64,000 nucleotides of DNA from NCBI GenBank assembly GCA_051251915.1, contig JBPOGF010000006.1, positions 96,001 through 160,000 of the forward strand, read 5' to 3'. Origin of the DNA: Akkermansiaceae bacterium (GTDB lineage Bacteria; Verrucomicrobiota; Verrucomicrobiia; Verrucomicrobiales; Akkermansiaceae). A model generated the notes under the pieces. The model saw only the letters and a program-made list of their open reading frames with translations, was not told the DNA's origin and did no database searches. This document shows, piece by piece, positions 27,501 to 38,900 of the stretch (the stretch's first letter is position 1; the number at the start of each line of letters is the position of its first letter). The translations under genes and the position numbers were made by a program.

Positions 27501-29680
27501 TCAGTGATTTGTTTGACCTCGCTTCGAATAAATTCTTTTCCTTTTTGATTGGCGTATTCAAATAAAAGACTCCATCCATCCCCTATTGGAACACGAGAAT
27601 TTTCATTGTCAGATTCAATGTGTATAAAAGCTATTTTAAGAGCATGGTGTAACTCTTGAAATAAGCTAGCATCTTCAAGCTGGAATATATGTGATTGATG
27701 AAAGATGACTGAATCAGGTATTTCAGCACTCAGTAAAGCTATAAATATTTCCTCTTTCCATGCTTTATTGAACGATGAATCACTAAAAATTTTTCTTATG
27801 AAATTTATGGAATCTTGATTTGATGAACTATCTAACAATTCTGAAAAATAATAACGAAAGGCTCTTCTAATTAGTGTATGTGAACCCAACTCGTAGAAAA
27901 ATTTTGCTGGGTTTTCCTTATGTTGGGTAAATATTCTTCGGACGTGACTAATAAGAGCCCAATCTTCCAAGAGATCGTGTGCTGATCTGTATCTGTTAGG
28001 GTCATCAGGGTCTCTATACAAAAGTCCTTGATCGAATAGAAATTTTGCTGGATCTATATTGTTTTCTTTGGCGTAGAACCATGGGACACCTGACTCAAGT
28101 CTTTCTAGGCTTAACTGGATGAGAAATTCGTGAGCTTGAGGGGTAGCTTCTGCTTTCACTAGATGTTGCCAAATATGTTTTTTCCATTTTGTGATGGAGG
28201 TCCAACTGTCCAGATTTTTTAAGTCGTCATTGGATTCTAGGGTTTTAAGTGCGAAATCGAGCCATTTCAGGTTTCTGAGAGCTTCATTTATTTCGGTTTT
28301 TTTTAACCAAAGAGAAGGGATGTAGTGTATTTTCTCGAGTTGTGTTAATTCATCTACTGAAAGTAGGGGGACGTTCATAATTTTCCAGTCTTCGAACCAC
28401 TTAGACTGAATGTGTGGCAAGTAGTAGTCTCGGCAAGTGGCAATAATATGCCATCTACGGTCACTAGAAATTAGTTGAAGAAGCTGTTCAAATGCTAAGA
28501 AGGAGCTTTGAGACTGAAAGACACGCTCTAAGGAATCGATTAAAATAACTTTATTTTCAAATGGTGTTGCATCCGCCCATTCGGATGGGGAAATTTCAGA
28601 AAGTCCAATTGCTTCCAAAGCTGTATGTAGATGTGGGTAGTTGAATTGATCTGAAGAAAAACAATAGATGTTTTCAGGAAGGTAAAGATCTTCTGATACT
28701 TCGACAGCGAGACTTGATTTTCCACACCCTGGGGTGCCAGTTACCAAAGTGAATCTGCTTGAAGCAAGAAGCTCTTTAAGTTCTTTTTTTAAAGTTGTTC
28801 TTTCAAAGTTTTTACCTCCAACTGTACGCGAAATGCTGGCTCTATTGAAAGAACTGTGTTCTCGGATCTTTCTTAGCCAATTGTGGGCTGTGTCTGGGAA
28901 CTCTGGAGAAATATCATATTCTCTTATTTTATCCTTAACATCGGGTAAGGTCATTACTTTTGCACGAGAGGTATCTTGAGATACTTGTTCAAATATTGAA
29001 TTGAAACAATTTAGAGCGGTGCTTTGTAGTTTATCTTTGCTTGCGAGACGCAGTAGACCAAGCGTGCGTTTTTTATCTTGGCTTTCCTCAACATCGAGGT
29101 CAAAGGTTAGGACGAAGAACGATTTTAAAAAGAGCCAAAGGTTTTCTTGACTGGGTTGGCTTCCTAATTCTTCGTATATAATAGCAGAGATTTCAGGAGG
29201 GATCTGGCGGATTGATTTTCTATGATATTGCGGAATTGAAATACTATTGGAAAAATCTTGATTATTATCTGAGGCTCTTGCTATTTCAGTTAGTCTTAGT
29301 AAGTCGGGGATTTTGGGAGAACGGGTTGTAGATGCTATAAGTGCTATACAATCGAATGACTGGTTAAAAACTTTAGTGTTATTCCAGTCTGCCCATGACC
29401 TTGTGATTACTTCTTTGAATTCTGTATTGCCAGGTAAGGGAGAAATTGTAGTTTTTACTGAGCAAAAACATCGACTTCTTTGGGAGTTCTTTTTTGTCTC
29501 AAAGACTACGTCTTCTATCTTACATCCAAGGTGTTCAGCTTGAATATAAACTTTGTTAAGAGGATGTTTGAGTGGAGCTAGCGGAACTCCGGCTATGGAT
29601 GAAGCTATGAATGTAGTGGCGATCCTCCTTTCAAATTCGGGACCTCCTCCTCCGCTAGAAAATGGTGGTGTAGTTTTCAT
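24572..29680 (-). CDS. Avs/AVAST-like STAND NTPase with N-terminal PD-(D/E)xK-like domain and long helical C-terminus
   Basis: N-terminal PFSSGGGGPEFE...IEDVVF...CSVK; Walker A GTPGCGKS; Walker B VILIDSLE; IIATCR; HDLLEDWA; WWRAYRG...SALMALEKWL; AT-rich. Confidence 0.8.
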   Translation of the reverse strand: MKTTPPFSSGGGGPEFERRIATTFIASSIAGVPLAPLKHPLNKVYIQAEHLGCKIEDVVFETKKNSQRSRCFCSVKTTISPLPGNTEFKEVITRSWADWNNTKVFNQSFDCIALIASTTRSPKIPDLLRLTEIARASDNNQDFSNSISIPQYHRKSIRQIPPEISAIIYEELGSQPSQENLWLFLKSFFVLTFDLDVEESQDKKRTLGLLRLASKDKLQSTALNCFNSIFEQVSQDTSRAKVMTLPDVKDKIREYDISPEFPDTAHNWLRKIREHSSFNRASISRTVGGKNFERTTLKKELKELLASSRFTLVTGTPGCGKSSLAVEVSEDLYLPENIYCFSSDQFNYPHLHTALEAIGLSEISPSEWADATPFENKVILIDSLERVFQSQSSFLAFEQLLQLISSDRRWHIIATCRDYYLPHIQSKWFEDWKIMNVPLLSVDELTQLEKIHYIPSLWLKKTEINEALRNLKWLDFALKTLESNDDLKNLDSWTSITKWKKHIWQHLVKAEATPQAHEFLIQLSLERLESGVPWFYAKENNIDPAKFLFDQGLLYRDPDDPNRYRSAHDLLEDWALISHVRRIFTQHKENPAKFFYELGSHTLIRRAFRYYFSELLDSSSNQDSINFIRKIFSDSSFNKAWKEEIFIALLSAEIPDSVIFHQSHIFQLEDASLFQELHHALKIAFIHIESDNENSRVPIGDGWSLLFEYANQKGKEFIRSEVKQITEALTDWHLAVTKETPSPHGLLEASKLTKTIWNLSAEDESISESILGKHYRTRDDGNQFYWIIAHLAEGLGKEFFEKELRNAVTWNKSKNRSDSQNGWRADNMIRFITTNHRGWALANAYPRLMIKLCLHAYGITRRAQKRRLKNRHYFQEHPYSIESLSFIDASAIRGPFLQLLQSSNKLGIALILRLVHEETLTWLDKVKNGTTYSEAYELEISIEETTVSQMGDQAWWRAYRGNTPCHPLTESALMALEKWLIEEVGATNPEQLETILTGLILSSRNLAITSVAASVAQVYWWDCTKITAAILESDFITLSSLDRHRLMNDRTTSGSSVWDDQSDIYFKERKMMSQMEHRRSDLENLFLKSQLTEKGQVITKVIDSHLSVIQKQPQSERSMLAKTILHRIDARNLVAKKNEGDPNHVLWETKAPPTEIQQFQEETAGSSIQNMAHIKLQMWAIGILEPMPSNKPDLELWKEMLERAHQLAESSLNSEEKFMHGDTPTLVAAVCIIHKWSEFHDKQKTWSIDLCLATLLRNSEITSHSQQHFLKQWKAESAVARAFATLLSIEDPICDKRKHNILSALSIALTLPEKPVQFAAAFAIGSSENEQLKTTSAALMILSARIIRNTELSFRGPLSQDSKYENWQDTLSAMHREILSETVNLRNQFIQQDSMDTRFLSLYYPRGHEEEERLCAVMAAVSSGESTIHRKLSSRIFKWAFIQTIAGESRSLNNRKYGMDEWRNSNGAIRHSYVTIKDVKQQLAKHILNLSISEAQKFLTDNFFKYQIVHLGNQAGSLLKDLCVQLDMTGKTEVFWAIWKQHISAAIAIWDDLSTSKSKKATSALYSIVESIFLNDMHFKKNQEWEAINNHLHNFSKAFNCFNLVGLSPFIRFLYTVGGDLLPSEWSYLAKTIALGRNKIGLNLLGGDIQKMLLTLLKDNIANQQIQKEDLKNWQSVRDILDFLIDLGHPEAYLIREQIARY

Positions 29681-29688
29681 TCGGTAAT

Positions 29689-30615
29689 TTAATTTTCAGA
29701 GGATTGGAGGTTATTCTTCTTAACTAGGGCGTCTCGGATTTCTTTTAATATTGATTGGTTTTCTTCTAGTAAGCTAATAACTCGTTGCTGTTCGTAGGGA
29801 AGAATGGCTTCAATAGAATTTGGTAGTCCTGCTATTTTGCGAAACATGATAGTGTCATCAAGCTCGTAGGGATGTTTGTTTGCAAAATCGAAGTAATCGA
29901 TCTCGAAAGGAATGTTGTGCTGTTGCATGCTCTGGCAGAGCTTTCCGATGAGTTTTACTGTTTCGGTTTTGAGCTGATGTTTTATTGAATGTAGATTGTC
30001 TTTGGAGACTCCAGCTTTGGTGTAAAGGTTGTTGTCTATCCAATAGGCTGCCATTAAGAGGGCTCCCTCAATCTTGAGATCTGATCTAAAGTCGTAAATC
30101 TCATCTAAAATCCTCTCGTTCTCGAGGTAAACGTCTGTCCACTGTTCTAGCTTGTCATAGTTATCCAAGAATTCGATCAAGATTGAGGCAAAATAATTAT
30201 TTTTTTGGGTTAAAAACTTAACTGGGTCAGTTGGAGGAGATGGAAGAGCTATTTTCATTTTGTCTCTCAGAGTGAAGAGAACGAATGAGGTATAAAGACT
30301 TGGAGTATCATGGAAAATTTCTCCTATTGAGGTTGCATAGCCATCTTCACCGTAATTAAGAGCCTCTAAGACTAGTGCTATCCAGGCATTTCGTTCCGCT
30401 GGATCTGGTGCAAAGAGGCTCCATTTAGTATTCTCATTTTCGTCAAAACCAGCTAGTCTAGCCAGTTGGTTTTCACGTTCATATGGAAGTTGGTCTGTGC
30501 CATTTTTCCATTTTGTGATCTGTGCTCGGGATACTCCTAGCTCTTTAGCTAGCTCTGTTTGTTTCCAGTTCTTTTTCTTGATGACATAGTTAATAAGTTT
30601 GGCTTGTGTCTTCAT
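29689..30615 (-). CDS. XRE/Cro-type HTH protein with an uncharacterised ~250-aa C-terminal domain
   Basis: WKQTELAKELGVSRAQITKWKNG HTH; ends 8 bp before the STAND gene. Confidence 0.8.
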   Translation of the reverse strand: MKTQAKLINYVIKKKNWKQTELAKELGVSRAQITKWKNGTDQLPYERENQLARLAGFDENENTKWSLFAPDPAERNAWIALVLEALNYGEDGYATSIGEIFHDTPSLYTSFVLFTLRDKMKIALPSPPTDPVKFLTQKNNYFASILIEFLDNYDKLEQWTDVYLENERILDEIYDFRSDLKIEGALLMAAYWIDNNLYTKAGVSKDNLHSIKHQLKTETVKLIGKLCQSMQQHNIPFEIDYFDFANKHPYELDDTIMFRKIAGLPNSIEAILPYEQQRVISLLEENQSILKEIRDALVKKNNLQSSEN

Positions 30616-30633
30616 AGAGATAAAATAGCATTG

Positions 30634-30667
30634 TTTGTTTCCTTAACAAATTAAATATAAGGGAAAC
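30634..30667. promoter_or_regulatory. Overlapping inverted repeats upstream of the HTH gene, candidate operator
   Basis: tttgtt-tcctt-aacaaa and gtttcctta-N12-taagggaaac. Confidence 0.4.
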
Positions 30668-30771
30668 TCTTGTGTCTCTAACTGTGGGAGTTTAGGTAAG
30701 AGAGATTTAGGAGACTAGAGGCAGACATTTGAGAGGGATTGTGACTGGATCTAACTGGTCTATTTTAGGTA

Positions 30772-31821
30772 TTATTCTTTTGCTTCCAGTCTAGCTTTTG
30801 AGATTTCAATGGCTGTGTGGAGTTTTTGTTGGAGGAGTTCGCGTGGGGGGAGGGCGGTTAAGTATTCGGCTACGTGGATGCCGCTTTGGTCGAGTTCTAG
30901 GAGTTCGATCTGTTCTTGTTTTTTGCCTGCGCAGAGGATGATGCCGAGTGGGGATTGCTCATCTGGTTGCTGCTCGTGCTTGGCGAGGTAGCGGAGGTAG
31001 AGTTCCATTTGCCCTTTGTATTCTGCCTTGAAGTCGCCGAGCTTGAGGTCGATGGCGATGAGGCGTTTTAGCCCACGGTGATAGAAGAGTAGGTCGATGT
31101 AGAAGTCATCTGAGTCTATCTGGATGCGGGTCTGGCGCCCGAGGAAGGCGAAGCCTGTGCCAAGCTCTAGGAGAAATGTTTCTAGCTCACGGAGGATGGC
31201 GTCTTCTAGGTCTTTCTCTAGGTAGCGGTCTTTGAGCCCGATGAAGTCTAGGATGTAGGGATCACGGAAGATGAGGTCCGGTGTAAGCTTGTCTTCCTCT
31301 CGGAGAGCGGTGAGTTCTTCTTTAGCGAGTTCTTCTGGTTTCTTGGAGATGGCGGTACGCTCGTAGAGCATGGAGCTAATCTTTGTGCGTAGCGTGCGGA
31401 CGCTCCACTTTTCTAGTCGGCACATTTCGGCGTAGAAATCGCGTTGAAGCGGGTCTTTAAACGGAATAATCTCCTTGAAATGTGACCAAGCCAATTGTTG
31501 CGACAGTGTAGCAACAATTGAAGATTCAGAGAAGTTCTCTGCAAAACTCATCATACGGGTAAGTGAAGAATAGTTAAATCCCTTGCCGAATTCCTTGCTC
31601 AATTGTGCCGACAGTGTAGACACAATCTCTTTTCCATACTCAGCACGTTCGTTATTAAGTACTTCTGTTTGGATACGTTTGCCGATGCGCCAGTAGAGCA
31701 GTGTTATTCCAGTATTTACGGTGCGGGCAACTCCTTCGCGGGTTTGCTCGATCATGCTGCGAACGTCGGCAGTGATACCAGCGTCGCTTTGGATGATTTC
31801 TAGCTCATTGTTATCATTCAT
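30772..31821 (-). CDS. YhcG/DUF1016 family PD-(D/E)xK nuclease-domain protein
   Basis: LYWRIG, AEYG, WSVRTLR..I.SMLYER, RDPYILDF, FLLELGTGFAFLGRQ, IDLLFYHR, IDLK, GQMELY. Confidence 0.95.
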   Translation of the reverse strand: MNDNNELEIIQSDAGITADVRSMIEQTREGVARTVNTGITLLYWRIGKRIQTEVLNNERAEYGKEIVSTLSAQLSKEFGKGFNYSSLTRMMSFAENFSESSIVATLSQQLAWSHFKEIIPFKDPLQRDFYAEMCRLEKWSVRTLRTKISSMLYERTAISKKPEELAKEELTALREEDKLTPDLIFRDPYILDFIGLKDRYLEKDLEDAILRELETFLLELGTGFAFLGRQTRIQIDSDDFYIDLLFYHRGLKRLIAIDLKLGDFKAEYKGQMELYLRYLAKHEQQPDEQSPLGIILCAGKKQEQIELLELDQSGIHVAEYLTALPPRELLQQKLHTAIEISKARLEAKE

Positions 31822-31917
31822 GCTTTCCCTCCATTTCTAAATGTCACTATCAATTGTGCAACCAGTGATTGCACTTTCTCTAATGCATTAAATTGTTTCT
31901 ACACTGTAGAGATAATT
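31493..31917. repeat. Four 27-bp palindromic units at 31493, 31601, 31852 and 31891
   Basis: AATTGTTGCGACAGTGTAGCAACAATT; AATTGTGCCGACAGTGTAGACACAATC; AATTGTGCAACCAGTGATTGCACTTTC; AATTGTTTCTACACTGTAGAGATAATT. Confidence 0.85.
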
Positions 31918-32023
31918 GATGATCATATTTGAGACTATTGAATGGTGACTTAGTTGGCAAGATTTCGTGGAGTTATTTTGATCCGTAGCTACATAGATCG
32001 CAATAGTTCTATAGGGTAATATG

Positions 32024-32055
32024 AAAAAAGCCGCTCCCTTATATGAAGCGGCTTT
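32024..32055 (-). terminator. Intrinsic terminator of thiC
   Basis: aaagccgct/agcggcttt stem with T6 on the minus strand. Confidence 0.8.
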
Positions 32056-32084
32056 GAAAGTGGGGTCTGCTGTATTTTGAGCTT

Positions 32085-34258
<2,174 letters not shown>

Positions 34259-34316
34259 GGCTGGGTTGATGAAGCGGTTGTTGGTTTGTTTGTTAGAGTT
34301 TTGCTAAGGTTGTGAT

Positions 34317-34526
34317 TTATCGTTTGTAGAAGGTGTGAAAGAGGACTGCTGATGCAATTGCGGCTAAGCCTGATTGGCGTCTTTCTATGGCAACAAATAT
34401 ACATATGAGAGTTGTGATTAATAGGATAGCTAAGAAAAGATATTTCATACCACGAACAAACAGATAGTTGTCTATGGTGAATCCAAGATCTTCTGATTTT
34501 TTCTCTGTATTCGTTTTATTTTCCAT
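34317..34526 (-). CDS. Small hypothetical membrane protein (69 aa) in the thiC leader
   Basis: ATG start, two hydrophobic segments, AT-rich. Confidence 0.6.
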   Translation of the reverse strand: MENKTNTEKKSEDLGFTIDNYLFVRGMKYLFLAILLITTLICIFVAIERRQSGLAAIASAVLFHTFYKR

Positions 34527-34559
34527 AAAAAATGCCTGTCATGTGGATTTGACAGGCAT
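34527..34559 (-). terminator. Riboswitch-associated intrinsic terminator
   Basis: atgcctgtca/tgacaggcat perfect 10-bp stem followed by a T-run on the minus strand. Confidence 0.8.
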
Positions 34560-34602
34560 GGATTTTCTTTTGAAATCTATTGCTTTCCTTTGATTGGAAA
34601 TT

Positions 34603-34686
34603 CGACTCCCTCCGTCGGTGTTAGCCGATTCAGGTTCGAAGAGTTTTCTTTTGAGAATCTCAGCCACTGTGGTGGCACCCCTGTCG
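34603..34686 (-). ncRNA. TPP (THI-box) riboswitch
   Basis: Minus strand cgacAGGGGTGC..GCTGAGA..actcttcGAACCTGAatcGGcTAAcaCCgaCGgAGGGAgtcg; upstream of thiC. Confidence 0.95.
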
Positions 34687-34870
34687 TTGCGGTTAAGGTA
34701 GGTGTTGCTGGTGGGGGAGTCAAGGAAGTATGTGGTGGTGGGTTTTTGGGGGATGTGTGGATTTGCCTATTGCAGGTTTAGGATTTTAAACTAGGTTAGG
34801 GGGACTGTTTTTTGAGGATGGGGGATGGGTAATCATCTTTGTCTTTGGGGGACTATGGAAATTATACATT

Positions 34871-35866
34871 ATGAAAAAAACTATATTAATCTTACTATCA
34901 TCGATTATGTCACTGTCAGCGCAGATCACTTATAAGGGGAATTCAGAGACAAATAATAAGCATCTTGTGTTTGTGGCTTCTGATCATGAATATCGTGCGG
35001 AGGAGACTTGCACTGCGCTTGCGCGAATTTTAGCGAAGCATCATGGTTATGACTGCACGGTGCTTTATGGGGTGGATGAGAATGGGGTGATAAAGGCAGG
35101 GGCTTCTAATATTAAGGGGCTAGATGCTCTGGAGAAGGCTGATGGGATGGTTTTGTTTACACGTTTCCTGGATCTGCCGGATGAGCAGATGAAGTATATT
35201 GATGAGTATTTGAAGCGTGGTGGGCCAGTGGTGGGTATGCGGACTTCATCTCATGGGTTTAAGATTCCTGAGGGGAAGACTTATTCTAAGTATGATTTCC
35301 GTTATAAGGGTGAGGAGTTTAAGAATGGTTATGGTGAGCAGATTTTAGGTAATACTTGGGAAGGTCACTATGGGAAGAACCATAAGCAGGGGACTAGGAT
35401 CCAGATTATACCTGAGCAGAAGGGGCATGTTATTTTGACTGGTGTGAAGGATGGGGCGTTTTGTTATGCTGGTGGGTATAATGGTGTCGCTCGTGAGGAT
35501 TTCACTGTTCTGACGAATAGTCAGCCTATGAAGTCTATGAAGAAGGATGCTAAGCTGGATGAGTCTAAGCCGCCAGTTCCTAGTACTTGGATACGCCATT
35601 ATTCTTCTGACGATGGCAAGACGAAAGGGCGGGTGTTCCATTCGACTCAGGGAACTTCTGAGGATTTGTTAGATGCTGATTATCGTAGGATGATGGTGAA
35701 TGGTATTATTTGGTCTGTGGGAGATGAGGCGACGATCAAGGCAGATAGTGATGTTTCATTTGTAGGGAAGTATGTTCCATCTACGTTTAAGAATGGAGGT
35801 CATGTGAAGGGTGTGAAGCCTGAGGATCTTCAGGATATGGAGAGTGATATTATGCCTAGGAAGTGA
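34871..35866 (+). CDS. Exported ThuA-like domain protein
   Basis: HLVFVASDHEYRAEE, GGPVVGMRTSSHGF, GRVFHSTQG. Confidence 0.8.
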   Translation: MKKTILILLSSIMSLSAQITYKGNSETNNKHLVFVASDHEYRAEETCTALARILAKHHGYDCTVLYGVDENGVIKAGASNIKGLDALEKADGMVLFTRFLDLPDEQMKYIDEYLKRGGPVVGMRTSSHGFKIPEGKTYSKYDFRYKGEEFKNGYGEQILGNTWEGHYGKNHKQGTRIQIIPEQKGHVILTGVKDGAFCYAGGYNGVAREDFTVLTNSQPMKSMKKDAKLDESKPPVPSTWIRHYSSDDGKTKGRVFHSTQGTSEDLLDADYRRMMVNGIIWSVGDEATIKADSDVSFVGKYVPSTFKNGGHVKGVKPEDLQDMESDIMPRK

Positions 35867-35907
35867 TTGATTGAGTATTTTATATTGGATATTTAGTATT
35901 TAAACAT

Positions 35908-35944
35908 AAAAAGCCCGAGGCTCATAGAGTCTCGGGCTTTTTTT
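35908..35944. terminator. Bidirectional intrinsic terminator
   Basis: aaaaagcccgaggctc-ata-gagtctcgggcttttttt between convergent genes. Confidence 0.9.
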
Positions 35945-35963
35945 GTTGAGAATTATTACTAAC

Positions 35964-38900
35964 TTATTCTGCGGACCAGGTTTTCATGTAGGCGATGATG
36001 TCGGCTACTTCTTGGTCGCTGAGACCTAGTTGGCTGGCGCTTAGCATGAGTGACCTTTTCATGTAGGTAACTTTCTCGACCTTGCTTTTAGGGATCATTT
36101 GAACCATTCCGCCTGTGGAGGTGACGATGTAAGGGTCACCTTGTTGTAGGAGGCCGTGGACTTCTTTGCCGTCTTTAAGGATGATTTTGCTACTTCTGAA
36201 TCCGTGGGCGATGTCTGCTGATGGCATGATGATGCTGGTGGCGATGGCTTCACGTGATTGGGTTTGTCCCCATCCTTTGAGCGGTGGGCCGTAGTTGGGG
36301 CCGGTGTTCTCGACTTTGTGGCACATGACGCAGCGCATGATGGTTTGCTTGCCTTTGTCTGCGTCACCATTGAGTGCGAGGACTCTGGCTACGCGTTCTG
36401 GGCTGTTGGCGTCTGATGGCTTGTCTTCTGGGACGGTGATGGCGTTGACGGTGATTTTTTCTGGATCATAGATGCCGGTTTCAGCGAGGCGTTTTTTGAT
36501 GTCCATGTCTTTCCATTCACCTGCTGCGTTTCTGAATAGCCAGTTGGATGCTGAGGTTTTGATGGCTGCGTCGTTGTCTGCTGCGATGTCAAAGAGGGCA
36601 TCTGCGGCCGCTGGGTCATTGATGAATGCGATGGACTCGATGGCTAGCTCGCGTTGTGCAGCGGTGAGTTTTTTGCTGAGTGCGCGCTGCTTGAGTGCTG
36701 GGATGGCAGCTGGGTTCCAGAGTCTCCAGGTGAGTGTGGCGAATTCATCTGACCATTTTTCTGGGTTCTGGTTTTTAGGGGCGAGGCTGTCTCTGATGGC
36801 TGTCCAGATGATTTGCTCGTTTTTTGCTGCACCGAGGCCGATGGATTCGATGTAGTTTTTGTCATTGATGTCTACGTTTTTAGCGAGGGCAACGAAGATG
36901 TCTTTGGTGTCTTCTGGATTGAGGTTTCTGAGTGAGAGTGCAACGTCACGGCGGACGGCTGCATCTGGGTCGTTCATGAGTTGCTTAGCGAATGGGATGA
37001 TGTTGATATCCATTCTTCTGAGCGCTCTGAGGGCAACGAGGCGTTTGTTAGCATCGGAGTCTTTGAGGAGTGCTTCACAGGCTTTCATGCCTTCTTCACC
37101 GAGGTGAGGTAGGAGCCAGATGGCTCTTGCTGCGATGTATGGGTTGGTGTCATTGAGGAGCTCTTTGAGTGCTGCGAGTGCGCCGGGCTTGTTCTCTTTG
37201 AGGAGACGGAAGCCGAGGTGTCTGACGTTTACTGCTGGGCTCTTGAGGGCTGTGATTTGTCCTGCAACTGTGTTGAGGTCAAACTTGGGGCTGTTTGGTT
37301 TGAATCCTTTTGGTGCGATGCGGTAGATGGTTCCTGAGCAGCTGTTGTCCATGGTGCTGTGTCCTCCGACTCTGCCGTCGAACCAGTCTGTGAAGTAGAT
37401 GGCGCCATCGGTTCCTACGGTGACGTCTGATGGGCGGAAGAGTAGTGCTACTTCTGCTTTTGCTTGGTCAGGGATTTGCTTTACCTGGTCTCCTCCTGCG
37501 TATTCTCCAGTTAGATTTGTGGTGGTGAAGTTAAATCTGTTCATTTTATAGCCGGCTCCTTTTTTCTTAGGATGGTAACCGAAGATGGTGTTTCTAGCAG
37601 CTTCGCAGGCGAGGTAGGTGCCTATCCAATTGTCACCGAGGGCACCGTTTTCGTAGAATGCTACACCTGTGGGTGAGCCGTGTCCGTAGATGTCGCCGAC
37701 GTCGAATGTGCCTGGGTCGTCTTGTCTCCAGTGTGCTTGGCCGGTGGTCTGGCCTGGGCGTCTGGTGCTGCGCCACATTTGGGTTCCTTCACGGGTGAAG
37801 AATCCTGCGCTGCCGTATTCTAGGATGTATGAGTTTCTGCATGAGGCGACGTCATCGTTGTCGTTCTGGAACATTTCTCCGAGGGAGTTGATGGTTTGCT
37901 CGTATGAGTTTCTGTATCCGTGGCCGACGATTTCTGCGTTGGTTCCATCTGGGTTCATTCTGACTGTGGCTCCAGCGGTCCAGACGTGTCCGTCGCTGCT
38001 TTTTTCACCGCCTTTGTTGTTGTTTGCGTACCATTTACCGCCGCCGCCTTTGTAGACGCCGTTGAGGGTGAATGTTTTATCGGATTTATCGGTGAAGATG
38101 CCTCCGCAGTTGCCGTTGTTGAAATACCATTTTCCGCCTGGTCCTGCGGTGAGGGAGTGGAGTGAGTGGTCGTGTTGGCGGGCGTTGAATCCGGAGAGTA
38201 GGATTTCGCGTTTGTCTACTGCTGGGTCGTATTTGAGGTCACGGTTTACATCGGTATAGATGATGAGGTTTGGTGGCTGCGAAACGATGATTTGGTTATC
38301 AAAGACTCCGATGCCTAGTGGGGATTCGAGGTCTGGGTCTTGGTGGAATACTTTGGTGCTGTCTGCTTTTCCGTCGCCGTTGGTGTCTTCTAGGATGAGG
38401 ATGCGGTCACCTTTTTCGCGGCGGTCGCTTTTTCTGCGGTAGTTGACTCCTTCGAGCACCCACATGCGTCCGTGCTGGTCAACGTCCATGTTGGTGGGGT
38501 TGTAGAGCTGGGGGGAGGTGGCCCAGACGGTGACTTCTAGTTCGTTGTCAGTGTCGTTGGGGATAGTGAAGAGTTCTTTGGCTACGTGAGTGGGTGGTAA
38601 TGTTGGTTCCCATGTTGCGCTATCTTTGGCAGCGATGGTTTTGGTGTCTGCTGTTGGAGCGGCTGCTTTTTTCTTTTTCTTGTTTTTGGGAGCATTTAGA
38701 TCTGGCTGCTTCATTGGCTTTTGCTTGTAGAGTTCTGCAGTAGGGAGTTCTATTGGCTTGCCTTCGACTGGTTTGTCTAGGTTCTCGTTGAGCATTTCTT
38801 TGGTGATTGTTTTTGACTGGACTCCGTCTGCTGGGACTTCTGCGCGGGCTACCCAGACGATGGCGTTTAGTGCGAGTTTGCGGAATTCATCGATGGCCCA

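Noticed and set aside
23920..32020. Integrative element or prophage
   Set aside because: No integrase, tRNA target, flanking direct repeats or phage genes were seen
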